64,000 nt of DNA from Octopus bimaculoides (GCF_001194135.2 NC_068995.1:40122221-40186220), one strand, 5' to 3'; shown: positions 1 to 14,482, counted from the stretch's first letter. The notes: generated by a model not told the origin, from the sequence alone. Numbers and translations: made by a program.

Positions 1-47
<47 letters not shown>

Positions 48-511
48 TCTACATACATACATACATACATACATATATGTATATACATATTTACACATGT
101 ATGCATACACGCACGAACACATAAACACTCACACGTACACGCACAATGAAAAAGGTTGGCACGGTCTCGAAGTCTCCCAAGTTTCGGCAAGTGTATGATG
201 TACTGAAACTGTCGGTTGCAATAAATTATACGCCCGACGAAACTGACCATAAATTTATTTTAATTATTGCATTCTGCATTTGTACTGAGTACTTAACTCA
301 ATTATTTTTCATTGTGTTTATACCGATAAACGCAGTCTCTTTAACCATATATACATGCATGCATAGCTGCATGTACATATGCATACATGCACAAAATATA
401 TAAGGATAAAGTCAGGAGGTGTGAGAGGTGAATATAGATATTTTTAACCATGTGACGTCCGTAGGATTACGGCCGTTTCGCAACCTTTTTCGTGCATGTA
501 AGAGAGTATAC

Positions 512-542
<31 letters not shown>

Positions 543-749
543 CATACATACATACATACATACATACATACATACATACATACATACATACATACATACA
601 TGCACAAAGGTTACAAACCTCCTATGAAAGTACTGGTTAGTTACCTGTACAGGGAATGTTGAACATTACAGTTAATAATCACCTGCAAGGTAACTATATA
701 TACCGTGGTTTATATATATTTATTTATGTATATCTATGTATATTTATAA

Positions 750-809
<60 letters not shown>

Positions 810-2481
810 ATATATATATATATATNNNNNNNNNNNNNNNNNNNNNNNNNNNNNNNNNNNNNNNNNNNNNNNNNNNNNNNNNNNNNNNNNNNNNNNNNNN
901 NNNNNNNNNNNNNNNNNNNNNNNNNNNNNNNNNNNNNNNNNNNNNNNNNNNNNNNNNNNNNNNNNNNNNNNNNNNNNNNNNNNNNNNNNNNNNNNNNNNN
1001 NNNNNNNNNNNNNNNNNNNNNNNNNNNNNNNNNNNNNNNNNNNNNNNNNNNNNNNNNNNNNNNNNNNNNNNNNNNNNNNNNNNNNNNNNNNNNNNNNNNN
1101 NNNNNNNNNNNNNNNNNNNNNNNNNNNNNNNNNNNNNNNNNNNNNNNNNNNNNNNNNNNNNNNNNNNNNNATATATATATATATATACATATATATACAC
1201 ATATACACACATATATATATATATTAGTTGCACCATCGAATGGTAACAAAAGGATAATAGAAATAAATAATAAATTATTTCATCTGTTAGGAAAACCCCT
1301 GAACTCACGAACAGATGAGGGAAATTCTGTAGGTTATGGCTCTCGGTGTTTTGGTACGCAAATGAGATTTGAGGGATGTCCACATTGTCCGATCTATGAG
1401 AGGTGCAGGATGCTGGACAAACTATAGGCTAGTGAGAGGGAAGTTTAATTTTTTAACTCTGGCCAAAATTAGAAAGGAAGGCTTTAAAAAAAAAACCTAG
1501 CAAACCTTAATTCCCACACTTAATTGCAAAGTGTTCATGACATATGAGCTGTCTCACTTTCTATGATTGTGACATCCGGTGGTGCATAAAGTTTGTATCC
1601 CACAAAGTGATCTCATCAGTCTTGTGGAAATGACAATTTTCATCTGTCCGAAGTGAAAAATTGGAAGAATACATAGAAAGAATATAGCCGTAAGTGAATG
1701 ATAAAATGATGTCTGTAATACCGTTGATTATAGCTCAGCTCAACCAGAGCTGGGTAGTGACTAAACAATAAATACAGCCATTGTTGAAACAGAATAACTT
1801 AACTGACACAACTTAAACAGCGTAGCGCAAACAGCATGGATAGAATATCAGAGTTCAAATAACAGCTTGAATATTATGATTTAAATGGCATGTTTTAAAT
1901 ATCAGAATTTCAATGACATGGCTAATTAACGTAGTTTAGACTAGCTTAAATGTCACAGTTTAAATGGCAAAGCTTATGTACCATGGTTTAAATCACATAA
2001 TTTAATTACCATAGTTTAAATGACATAATTTAATTATCATAGTTTGAATGACATAGCTTAGAAATTTAACAAATCGTGCAGTTTTAAAATTTGGTTACTT
2101 GATGTTTAAAATGGGATTGATGAGGAGCTGATGTTAAGGAAAACATATGGCATTATACAAAGTATGGTAAGATGGTGGAATTGAATGAAACGTGAGGTTG
2201 TCAGAATTATTATCGTACATAGCAAAGGCGGACCACATATCAACCGACACGTTTCCATACTAACACAGCTAACTCAACAATGTTTGACATCTATACACAC
2301 GCGCACATACCCATATATACACTCTCACATTGAGCACACACATATCACAAACGGAAGTACTCGAATGCACCAAGTGATATATAATGCAAGCACGTACGCG
2401 CATATACAATCGAACTAACGCACACACTCAATCGAACGAACACTTACATACACATTTACGCAAACATAAATTCACACGATA

Positions 2482-2539
<58 letters not shown>

Positions 2540-2868
2540 NNNNNNNNNNNNNNNNNNNNNNNNNNNNNNNNNNNNNNNNNNNNNNNNNNNNNNNNNNNNN
2601 NNNNNNNNNNNNNNNNNNNNNNNNNNNNNNNNNNNNNNNNNNNNNNNNNNNNNNNNNNNNNNNNNNNNNNNNNNNNNNNNNNNNNNNNNNNNNNNNNNNN
2701 NNNNNNNNNNNNNNNNNNNNNNNNNNNNNNNNNNNNNNNNNNNNNNNNNNNNNNNNNNNNNNNNNNNNNNNNNNNNNNNNNNNNNNNNNNNNNNNNNNNN
2801 NNNNNAAAAGAATAACAATTGTAAACAAACCATTTTAATACATATACTCAAACGTGTTAGTACGTAGA

Positions 2869-3217
2869 GTGGAGGCGCAATGGCCTAGTGGTTAGGGCAG
2901 CGGATTCGCGGTCGTAGGATCGCGGTTTCGATTCCCAGACCGGGCGTTGTGAGTGTTTATTGAGCGAAAACACCTAAAGCCCCACGAGGCTCCAGCAGGG
3001 GATGGTGGTGAACCCTGCTGTACTCTTTCACCACAACTTTCTCTCATTCTTTCTTCCTGTTGTGCCTGTAATTCAAAGGACCAGCCTTGTCACACTCTTT
3101 GTCACGCTGACTCTCCCCCGAGAACTACGTTAAGGATACACGTTAATTTCACGAGTAGGCTGTTACGCTGATCGGATCAACTGGAACCCTCGTCGTCGTA
3201 ACCGACGGAGTGCCAAC
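2869..3217 (+). mobile_element. tRNA-derived SINE family A, near full length
   Basis: A box tggcctagtggttagg and B box ggtttcgattcc. Body is shared with eight other copies. TSD tagtacgta at 2858-2866 and 3218-3226. Confidence 0.88.
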
Positions 3218-3967
3218 TAGTACGTATACATGGGCGGTACACACACGCGCGCGTGCGGAGAGTAAAAGTTAGAGATTCGAACGTATATATAAAGTCAGAA
3301 ATAGAGCAACTTCGTGAAACGTTGAGGAGGGAGAAAACAAGTTCGTTAGAAGCACAATTGAGGAAACAACCACTACACTACTTTGATGTATCGCTATGTT
3401 GTGTGTTTGTATAATACGCGTGTGTGTTTAGATATGTGTCTCTAATGTATGTGAGCGTGAATGTATATAAGTATGCATGTATGTATGTATGCACGTACGT
3501 ATATCTATGTGTGAAAGTATGTCTACAGGGAGAGTGGAACAGATGACTCTAGTGTACAAGTGTATTAGGAGTACTTCATATCCACCTACACACATGCACA
3601 CGCATATATGCGTATGTCTGCATATATATATAAACACACGCTTATATATATATATGCAAATACTTCAACCCATACATCCATACATACTCACATACACGCA
3701 CATGCACACACGCACACACACACACACACACCCGCATATATTCTTGTAAGAGAAAAATAAAATGGAGAAATTAATATATTGACATCAGTTTATTTGAACA
3801 AATTCCATTCAGCATAACATCAAATTCTTTACACCTACAGTTGTTTCCATACCCAATTAATTAAATTTTCATATCGAATATCGTAAACTGGGGAGTTCGT
3901 CAGGGGATAGAATTTGTTAGAAAGGAGCTACATGGAGCAGTAGAACAAAAGGAAAAAAACCACTTAT

Positions 3968-4625
3968 ATGTATCTTTTTATAAGAATAACATTATTTGAG
4001 TTATTATTCCATTCGCCAAGCAAATTAAGAATAATTCAGTTGGATCCTTGTACAAACTTTTTTACAAACATTTACCAAGGAAAATATAGATATTATGAAA
4101 TAATTAACCCCAGATTTCTCAGAGTTGCTTATTTAGTTTCTGATAACTTGTCCCAGATTATTTCTTCCCTGAATGAGCGAAAATTTTGTCTGATTTTTAT
4201 AACAATAATCACCCTAATTAAATACAACAATTATTATTCTCTAGGAAAAAATGTTAGTGATACAGGAATTCATAATTCCTCTAATGTACAAGGGGAAGCA
4301 ACCCACATTAAATCCTATCTCAACCTGAAAGATATAGGTAACACTGTAAATAACAATTGCACCGAATGTTAAGATATAATTCAAAATAATAATATGAGTA
4401 GTAATGATATGCATTGTGATTGCAAGGTTAAAAGTAACTGTTTATTTTAAAATCACTGTGAACAAAAGAATGTTGTATATAGATGTAGAGTAATGTCTGA
4501 AGGTAAGAGTTTCTTTTACATCGGAGCAACGGAAAATGATATCAAGAAACGCATCTCTAATCACATTTACACCTTCAATAATAGAAACAAGTTATCTTGT
4601 ACCAGCCTCAGTAAATTTATTATAA
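3968..4625 (+). mobile_element. Penelope-like element remnant with GIY-YIG endonuclease
   Basis: From about 4451: NHCEQKNVVYRCRVMSEGKSFFYIGATENDIKKRISNHIYTF (VVY...YIG.T...K.R...H pattern), preceded by CDCKVKSNC; frame broken. Confidence 0.7.
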
Positions 4626-5010
4626 TTTAAATGGCATGTTTAAATTATAATATCTGACCGGCAGACATACAGACATCACACACGTAATTAGCGGCTGCCT
4701 AAAAGAGTCATCAAGGTACTACCTCCTTATGCGACATGTTGTCGCAAAAACAATATACAATGCCATTCAGAAAAAAGACTGTCCTGGAATAAATATAGAG
4801 AATCCCCCTGTTATTGAATACGTACACAAATATCAGCACAAGGAATACTGGTGAAATACTTTTTATTAAAACATATGTTCGTCTTTTCTCAAGTTTAAAA
4901 TGTTACATTGCTTTCATTATCAACATTCCAAAGATGGAGCTTTGTACCTTTGTTAAAAACCAGCTCCTTCTTCAGAGGAAGAATTCGAATGATTAATAAC
5001 AAAAGAGATA

Positions 5011-5041
<31 letters not shown>

Positions 5042-6379
5042 GATGTGTATGTGTGTATCTGTGGCCATTACTATTTGCCCGGTGAGCAATCAAGACTCTC
5101 AAATAACTACGACTTAGATAAAGAGGGCTGCGTTGTTAAATGCATGTTTTGCAGCAACATGCACAGAAAACAAAGGGTAAGGTACCGGTCGCTACTGCAT
5201 CGTGAACATATGCGAACTATTATTCTGGGAGCGTAAACAGGGCAGATACGGTGACAAACATATTACAAGCAGACATACCGAATGATGTTATCTGATAAGC
5301 TGCACAGGGATACTAATTACCACAACCTGCTAAATATAGAGAGTAAAAGGTTTCAGTATAAACTAATGTAAAGTGTTAGATTTCTTGATTTCGAATCTCA
5401 GTGACGTCGGCAAATGAAATGTTTGGCATTGGGCGGTTGGGTAGATTGATGTACGATAGAGACTAGGAAAGAGCGTGTGGGGAAGAGGGTTTAAAGGGGT
5501 ACTACAATCATTAGTTATCTCTCTTTTCGCGTTATATATGTATGCGTGTATTAGTGTGGATATTTGCTCACAAATACACGTGCACGCTCAGATATGAGTG
5601 AGTGCATATATATANNNNNNNNNNNNNNNNNNNNNNNNNNNNNNNNNNNNNNNNNNNNNNNNNNNNNNNNNNNNNNNNNNNNNNNNNNNNNNNNNNNNNN
5701 NNNNNNNNNNNNNNNNNNNNNNNNNNNNNNNNNNNNNNNNNNNNTGTATATATATATACATATATAGCAATAAGAAAATGGAGGAGAATATGCGGTATCC
5801 ATCGACTTGCAGACAGTGTATTCCGTTGATTAATTTGTTTATTTTATAACTAAAATGGCAAAACCCACAATATACAGATGCTTATGACATACCATGTCAT
5901 ATTAACAATTAAGGTTACAAATACAAAGTACATTTAGCAATTGGAGAATATACAGAAACTTACAGCTGTTTCGGCCTAGCGTTAGCATGCCCCATTCTAT
6001 CTCTATAGCTACTGTGCGCCGGAGCAATTAGCAGATGAAAATGATGTAATGAGGGTACATGCATGATTCGCTAGGCCTCTTCAGAGATTCACAAAATTCA
6101 ATACAAATATAAATAAAAAATAAAAATGAAAAGAAGAATAAAGTAAAAATAAAGTAAAAATAAAAATAAAAATAAATGAAAAATGGAAATATAAAAAAAA
6201 ATATACGGGGATGTGCCGAAAAAATTTTGATAAACGATACTGTACTGTCTGAAGTGAGAAAAACAGCAAAGAAGCCTTGTAACAGTATGACTTGATTATA
6301 AGAAAGCATTCGACTCTGTACTCTAGTCATAGCTGCTGAAGTTTCTACATTTGGTAAAGTGCCTGCTAAGTTAATTACT

Positions 6380-7460
6380 GCTATTGAGAGGCTCACAAAC
6401 ACTTGGACAACAATTCCTACAGTTAAAACTGAGAGCGGAATGATCTTCTTCAGTGTTATAAATATTTCAAAGGGAATATTCTAAGGAGATAGTCTTCCTG
6501 TAATTCTATTTATTTTGGCATTAAATCTACTATCATTTCTGCTATAAAAATCAAATGGCTATATGTTAGAAACATTAAAACAACTGCTAGAAATATTAAG
6601 ATAGCTCATAATTTCTTTGTGAATGACACCCAAGATTTATGCAAAAAGTGTTAATAATACCAAAAACACAGGTAGAATTAATAACATTTTCAGCTGACAT
6701 AACAATGGAATTTGGCTAAAAGAAATGTTAATATTTGATTGTTCAACAGAGAAAATCAGTTCCTCAGATCCAAAATCTGTGCACCAATGGTCTCACTATC
6801 TCTCTCAGCGCACACAAAGAAAGCTACAAGTACCTAGGCATTCATGAAAACATATACAAAAGTAGTGTGAATAAAGATGTGACCGGGAATATTGTGCCAG
6901 AATATTGTAGAAAAATATGGTAGTCGGAATTCTCCTCTAACAACAATATTTCACAATGCATTTGCAGTACCAGTGCTGATTCCAACATTTTGGATTCTGG
7001 ACTAGTCTGTAGAAGTAATCCACTCCATAGACGTTAAAACCCGCAAGATATTGACATTAACTGAAAAATTTCCACAGGAAAAGTGATATCGATGGGCTCT
7101 ACCTAAGAAGAGATGAAGTACGTAGAGACTTCAGAATAGTGCAGACAGACTTAGGATATCGTGTTGTATCTCTCAGATAGCACTTGCTAAACAACAGCAG
7201 CAAAAAATAAATACATTAACTTAGTGAGGAAAAGGGAAGAGAACAGTATCATACGTGTCGGAAGTGAGCTCGTCAGGAAGCACTCTCTTCTTGATGACAT
7301 TCCATACAACCCCAAAACCTTCAACGAAGACCTGAATGTGAAACTCTCTGCATACCAAAAAAAAAACTACTATGCATGGGCATGTTTCCTGAAGACTTGA
7401 AGAATGTAATATCGGCCCGAAATGCAGCCTTTCTGGGACACGTGACCGCTACATCACATC
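6380..7460 (+). mobile_element. Decayed R4/Dong-like non-LTR retrotransposon RT
   Basis: Degenerate GI.QGDSL..ILFILALN, YKYLGIHEN, NAFAVPVL and LYLRR motifs across frameshifts. Confidence 0.6.
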
Positions 7461-7545
7461 ACAATTCGAAGGCGAGCTAGCAGAAACGTTAGCACGCTGG
7501 GCGAAATGCTTAGCGGTATTTCGTCTGTCTTTACGTTCTGAGTTC

Positions 7546-7581
<36 letters not shown>

Positions 7582-7596
7582 GTATGTATGTATGGG

Positions 7597-7688
<92 letters not shown>

Positions 7689-9549
7689 GTTATATTTTAC
7701 AGATTTAATGTTTTAGCAAACCATCTACGTTTTCACTAATTCAATAGCACCTCGGAAACTGAATATCTTGAATCTGTAAAAGCAGTTATGCTATAGGGTG
7801 CGGCAACAAACCTCCAAGATTCACCATTTTTGATAACTGTTTCTATAACAAACGCACAATGTGCCCCGGTCTAAACCATGTTGGGTACTGAATATAGAGA
7901 AAAACGATAAAACGTTAGCTACATGAAGATGCCATTACTACCAAACTAACTTCTCTTGCACCACATCAACAGCCATGTAAAATACGAGGGGTTTTGTGAT
8001 TTGTAGGAAAATTTCCTCACGAAATATGACTTCACAGAACTAGCGTCAGAGAATCAAAGAACATAAATATATCGTAGGTGAAAATACGTACTGCTATTTT
8101 TGTAATCATATACCGATATTCAAATATACACAAACATCTCAATGTAACAAAATATATAAGTAAACAGAAAAAATAATTTAGCGAAAATGTGATACCTAAT
8201 TAAATCAATTATGATAGCTTATAATAAATTGGTTAAATATATAAACAAATGGAACTTGAAATCTATGAGTGATACAGCAGACCTAATCTTAAGCATGTGC
8301 AAACACTCAAGTGACGCGTATTTGCATATAAAACGCTATCTACGTCTTTGCTCTTTTATATACTTATATATACTTCTAAATATACATGCACATTCTTGCA
8401 CTGTCCCATACATACATACATACATACATACATACATACATACATACATACATACGTACGTACGTACATACATGCTACATGGATGCATACGTAAAAATAT
8501 ACATACGTATATGCGCACACACACAACATACTATTATACAGACATATATAGACTTATGTGCATTCACAAGCATACCCGTATGCACAAATATCAATACATC
8601 TATACATACACACGCACATGCACACAGACCCATACACATACATGGAAATATTACGTTCCACACGCATACATACATACATACATACATACATACATACGCG
8701 CGTGTGTGTGTGTGGGCGTCTTTATATGGACGGATATATAGTTCTTTACGCATCATTATTACGGCTCAGATTTACAAAGGATGCGTTGATGGCTGGTTAA
8801 TTATGTCATTACGGCACCGGTAATGTATAATATAATAGCCACTGATGGGATTTGAAAGTAGTTCCTTCTCCTTCGTAAACTCCCTCATTAACAGATTTAC
8901 TGTCTACTAATGGCAAACCCCACATTAAGTATCATATTCCACTAAGCTGCTTTATGTACATACATATATACTCACATACATATCTGTCTATATATACACA
9001 TATATTTATACATGTGTGTGTGTATGCATGCACGCACACATACATACACACATGTATGTATGTATGTATGTATGTATGTATGTATGCTTGTTTGTATGTA
9101 TGTATGTGTGTGTATTTGCATGTATGAATGTATGTATATGACAGCGTAGTACAGTCATTCAAGCAGATATATATTATTTTGCGCAAACAGATGTTTGCAG
9201 AAGCTCATACGCAAACGCACGAATATAAATGCGAACACGCGCTCGCACTCGCGCTCACACACCAACGCGCGCGCTCACACTCATGCCGACGCACACACAT
9301 TAAGCAAACACTTGCGCAGACACACGTACGAGCGCGTACACACACACANNNNNNNNNNNNNNNNNNNNNNNNNNNNNNNNNNNNNNNNNNNNNNNNNNNN
9401 NNNNNNNNNNNNNNNNNNNNNNNNNNNNNNNNNNNNNNNNNNNNNNNNNNNNNNNNNNNNNNNNNNNNNNNNNNNNNNNNNNNATATATATGTATGTATA
9501 TATATGTGTATATATATATATATATATACGTATATATTTATCTATATAC

Positions 9550-9583
<34 letters not shown>

Positions 9584-9794
9584 GCACACACACATATCTT
9601 CTTTTCTTTTTACTTGTTTCCGTCATTTAACTGCGGCCATGCTGGGGTACCGGCTTCAAGGATTTTAGTTGAACGAATCGAACCCAACGCTTGTATCTTT
9701 AAAAGCCTGGTAATTATTGTATGCAATGACTAAGAAAAATAGTCTAATAATGGGGCATATAAGACCTCGATAGAAAAAAAAAACTAGGGTTTTC

Positions 9795-9860
9795 TCTCCG
9801 TGTGGGACTCGAACCCACATTCCTTTGTTAACGCGACTGTGTTACCACTACACCAGCGAA
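9795..9860 (-). pseudogene. tRNA-like (Pol III A/B box) head or tRNA pseudogene
   Basis: Minus strand tggtgtagtggtaacac...gtgggttcgagtcccacacgga; cloverleaf incomplete. Confidence 0.5.
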
Positions 9861-9932
9861 TTAGCTTCCCTGTGTCTGTCAAATTCAAGAACTATATTAG
9901 TTCGTAGTTGTTTTTGTAAACAAACTTTCTAT

Positions 9933-10075
9933 GTACTTTCGATGCTGATGGTTTTGTTATACGGTACAGGGTTTTAAAATCCTGTAAATAATAATTATAG
10001 TAATTGTATAAGCCTGTTATTATTTACAAGATTTTAAAACCCGGCACGTATAACAAAACCTTTCGCACCGAAGTA
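9933..10075. repeat. Imperfect palindrome (MITE-like)
   Basis: ggttttgttatacg...gggttttaaaatcctgtaaataata at 9950-9995 is the reverse complement of 10017-10060. Confidence 0.75.
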
Positions 10076-10130
10076 TATATATATATATATATATTATAAT
10101 AGAATAGTTACTATGAAGCATTGTGTAGAA

Positions 10131-10436
10131 TATATTGTATAAAAGATCGTGAATGGCCAAAGCAATGTGAAGTAAATGCAAAGTATATCACAAGAAAACA
10201 AATATGTGAATTAATGTAGACTTACCTTGTATTCAATATTTTGGGGTTATAACCCATTTTCAAGAAATTCACGAATGTTGCGGATGTGCGTCGTCAATCT
10301 CTTGAAAATGGGATCATAGCCCCGAAATATTGAATACAAGGTAAGTCTACATTAATTCACGTATTGTTTTCTTGTGATTTACCTTGCATTTACTTCGCAT
10401 TGTTTTGGCCTTTTCCACGATCTTTTATACAATATA
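10131..10436. repeat. Long foldback, arms about 135 bp, loop 34 nt
   Basis: 10131-10265 and 10300-10436 are reverse complements with scattered mismatches; a perfect core gtgaattaatgtagacttaccttgtattcaatattt. Confidence 0.85.
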
Positions 10437-11276
10437 TATANNNNNNNNNNNNNNNNNNNNNNNNNNNNNNNNNNNNNNNNNNNNNNNNNNNNNNNNNNNN
10501 NNNNNNNNNNNNNNNNNNNNNNNNNNNNNNNNNNNNNNNNNNNNNNNNNNNNNNNNNNNNNNNNNNNNNNNNNNNNNNNNNNNNNNNNNNNNNNNNNNNN
10601 NNNNNNNNNNNNNNNNNNNNNNNNNNNNNNNNNNNNNNNNNNNNNNNNNNNNNNNNNNNNNNNNNNNNNNNNNNNNNNNNNNNNNNNNNNNNNNNNNNNN
10701 NNNNNNNNNNNNNNNNNNNNNNNNNNNNNNNNNNNNNNNNNNNNNNNNNNNNNNNNNNNNNNNNNNNNNNNNNNNNNNNNNNNNNNNNNNNNNNNNNNNN
10801 NNNNNNNNNNNNNNNNNNNNNNNNNNNNNNNNNNNNNNNNNNNNNNNNNNNNNNNNNNNNNNNNNNNNNNNNNNNNNNNNNNNNNNNNNNNNNNNNNNNN
10901 NNNNNNNNNNNNNNNNNNNNNNNNNNNNNNNNNNNNNNNNNNNNNNNNNNNNNNNNNNNNNNNNNNNNNNNNNNNNNNNNNNNNNNNNNNNNNNNNNNNN
11001 NNNNNNNNNNNNNNNNNNNNNNNNNNNNNNNNNNNNNNNNNNNNNNNNNNNNNNNNNNNNNNNNNNNNNNNNNTAATGTAATATAAAGCTGAAGCAAATT
11101 AACACCAAATATACAGTGCGTGTGTTTTTATTGGCTAAACTGGCAATATGACCATCCCCAAGTACAACAATATATATATATGTATATATATATATGTATA
11201 TATATATATGTATATATATATGTATATATACATGTATGTATGTATGTATGTATGTATGTATGTATGTATATATATA

Positions 11277-11445
11277 CAACGGACTTCTCTCAGTTTCCGT
11301 CTACCAAATCCACTCGCTGGGTTTTGGGCAGCCCGAGGCTATAGAAGAAGACACTTGTTCAAGATGCCACGCAGTGGGACTGAACCCGGAAAGACAATGT
11401 GTTTGAGTAGCGAGTTTCTTACCATACAGTAACACTTGCACCTAA
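11277..11445 (-). mobile_element. tRNA-derived SINE family B, 5' half
   Basis: Reverse of the ggatttggtagacggaaactga core plus the gggttcagtcccactgcgtggca head, adjoining a TA/TATG microsatellite. Confidence 0.75.
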
Positions 11446-11928
11446 AATATGTATTTGCGTGTTTGTGTGTGCGTGTGTGTGTGAAGAATGGACCTCTCAA
11501 AAAAAAAAAAGACTCAACACATGGTGATACTTATATTCTTAGAACTCTTTGACATGTCTACCTAAACAGAAACCTGCAGAGGAACACATGGTGTACATCA
11601 ACAATAAACTATGCAAAGGTATTTTACCGTAAAACTTGTAAATGTTGCCATTATTGGCTCATGTCTTACAGTCTACATCTCGTCACACATCGAATGATAT
11701 GACTTTGCAACACAACAGCAAGAGATAATTTCAAAATACCTCATCAAGTAAGGAGATAATGAAGCCTTTTTTGCCAATCTACATCTCTTGCTATGCATAT
11801 TCAGGCGCGCGCGCGTGTGTGTGTGTGTGTGTGTGTTTGTTTGTTTGTGTTTGTGTGTACATGTAGCTGTGTACCTGTAAAACGTAAAAAACATGAGTGT
11901 GTGCGAGTGCATATGTATATACCTATAT

Positions 11929-11986
<58 letters not shown>

Positions 11987-12266
11987 NNNNNNNNNNNNNN
12001 NNNNNNNNNNNNNNNNNNNNNNNNNNNNNNNNNNNNNNNNNNNNNNNNNNNNNNNNNNNNNNNNNNNNNNNNNNNNNNNNNNNNNNNNNNNNNNNNNNNN
12101 NNNNNNNNNNNNNNNNNNNNNNNNNNNNNNNNNNNNNNNNNNNNNNNNNNNNNNNNNNNNNNNNNNNNNNNNNNNNNNNNNNNNNNNNNNNNNNNNNNNN
12201 NNNNNNNNNNNNNNNNNNNNNNNNNNNNNNNNNNNNNNNNNNNNNNNNNNNNNNNNNNNNNNNNNN

Positions 12267-12305
<39 letters not shown>

Positions 12306-12948
12306 TGTATGTGCATGTATGTATCTATACATACAAACACATCTACGTAAATATACATATGTGCAAATACAAGGAGTAATACACACACATAAGCAAGTGT
12401 GCACGCAATCAAACTTCGACAGTCTATCTCTTACACACCTTCACACACGAAAACAAATGCACACACCTTCGTAGACACACACACACGCACACACACACAC
12501 ACAAGGAAATACGCACTCACACAGGTACGGTAAGCGTCGATTAATTTAATCTAACGATCTAAGCTCGCTCTAGAAGCTGAGCTGCGCTGAGCTAAGCAGA
12601 GATAGACAACTATTTGATAACAACACATCTCAATGTTTCTGAAATAATTTCAACGATATTTTTGTAGTTATCTATTCAGGTGCAATATAAACTACACCAA
12701 TAGGTGAATGTTCGCGAGTAACTTATGTGTGTGCCAATGTCTATACACTCGCGCGTACATACACAATGTACGTGTGTGTATGGTGAGGGAGGGTTAGGAA
12801 CACAGGTCGAAAATATTTGCTGATGTATTACCCGAATACTAAGTTGAAAGAAAGACATGACTCTAAAAAGAGAGAAAAATTTATCGGAAGACAAATAGAT
12901 TGAAAGTATCAGAGCAAAAGAGAGAACAAAACATTCCACGGTAATATT

Positions 12949-13176
12949 GATTTCAAATTTTGGTACAAGACCAGCAATTTTCGCGAAATAAATCGATTAC
13001 ATCGACCCCCGTATATCTATTTCTTTATTGCCCACAGGGAGCTAAAGATATATGGGACAAACAAGGACAAACAAAGGGATTGAGTCGATTACATCGACTC
13101 CAGTGCGTAACTGGTATTTATTTAATCGACCCCGAAAAGATGAAAGGCAAAGTTGGGGGAAATTGAACTCAGAACG
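12949..13176 (-). mobile_element. SINE family C
   Basis: Reverse of ttctgagttcaa...ctttgcctttcatc..ttcggggtcgattaaataa.taccagttacgcactgg.gtcgatgtaatcgac. Confidence 0.75.
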
Positions 13177-13395
13177 TGAGTCGTAATATTAACTTTCGTT
13201 GTAATATTAACTTTTTTACAAAGTCATTCGTGAAAATATATTGAAAAAGTAACATAACGCAATGCTTCATTGATATTTGAATTAACTGCAACAACGTTTT
13301 AAAGTTGTGTTCTGGTCGTTTCTCTATGTAAGAAATAACTATTACTAAGTCGATAAGTGGCGTTGCAATGTTTTCTGCCTTATAGTGACGACAGG

Positions 13396-14007
13396 GGAGG
13401 CGCAATGGCCCAGTGGTTAGGGCAACGGACTCGCGGTCATAGGATCGCGGTTTCGATTCCCCGACCGGGTGTTGTGCGTGTTTATTGAGCTAAAACACCT
13501 AAAGCTCCACGAGGCTCCGGCAGGGTATGGTGGTGAACCCTGCTGTACTCTTTCACCACAACTCTCTCTCACTCTTACTTCCTGTTTCTGTTGTGCCTGT
13601 AATTCAAAGGGTCAGCCTTGTCACACTGTGTCACGCTGAATATCCCCGAGAACTACGTTAATGGTACACGTGCACTGTGGAGTGCTCAGCCACTTGCANN
13701 NNNNNNNNTATTGAGCTAAAACACCTAAAGCTCCACGAGGCTCCGGCAGGGTATGGTGGTGAACCCTGCTGTACTCTTTCACCACAACTCTCTCTCACTC
13801 TTACTTCCTGTTTCTGTTGTGCCTGTAATTCAAAGGGTCAGCCTTGTCACACTGTGTCACGCTGAATATCCCCGAGAACTACGTTAATGGTACACGTGCA
13901 CTGTGGAGTGCTCAGCCACTTGCACGTTTATTTCACGAGCAGGCTGTTCCGTTGATCGAATTAACTGGAACCCTCGACGTCGTAAGCGACGGAGTGCCAA
14001 CAACAAC
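13396..14007 (+). mobile_element. SINE family A; internal part duplicated across a 10-N gap (assembly overlap)
   Basis: Same consensus with a (caa)n tail. TSD agtgacgacaggg/agtgaagacaggg at 13384-13396 and 14008-14020. Confidence 0.85.
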
Positions 14008-14482
14008 AGTGAAGACAGGGCTCCTGCGATTCCGAGAGCGATGCCGTCAGAAACATTAATTTGGTTAAAGCTACCCACAGTCGGAAGGTCAAAATCAATA
14101 AAGTCTTGAGAATGACCCAAAGTACCATCGAGATGATCTTAACGCTAGATTCAACGGAAAAAGTTTATTTGAACTAAACAGCTGTGAAGATGAATGAAGG
14201 TTGTAACAGTCCCATCGTCTTTGGTTTGTTATTGGATTTAATTCGTACCGATCTGTGAAGCATAGTGTGCAGTACGCGTTCGAGTGTGAAGTTCTCGTTT
14301 AATATATACATGTAGAAGTTTATTCGTTCTGTAATTCAGCACATGCTCTTTTGGTGATCGCTGAAAAGAAACAGAATTAACCAAATAACAGCTGGAAGCA
14401 GCAGCTAGTCAAGAATCGGCATGAAGGTTTTGCGAATCTGTATATAGATCCAATCTCACTTGACTTTGTGAGTGTGTACTTC

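Noticed and set aside
13488-13918. Apparent tandem duplication within SINE A
   Set aside because: Identical sequence on both sides of a 10-N gap; a typical unmerged contig overlap.
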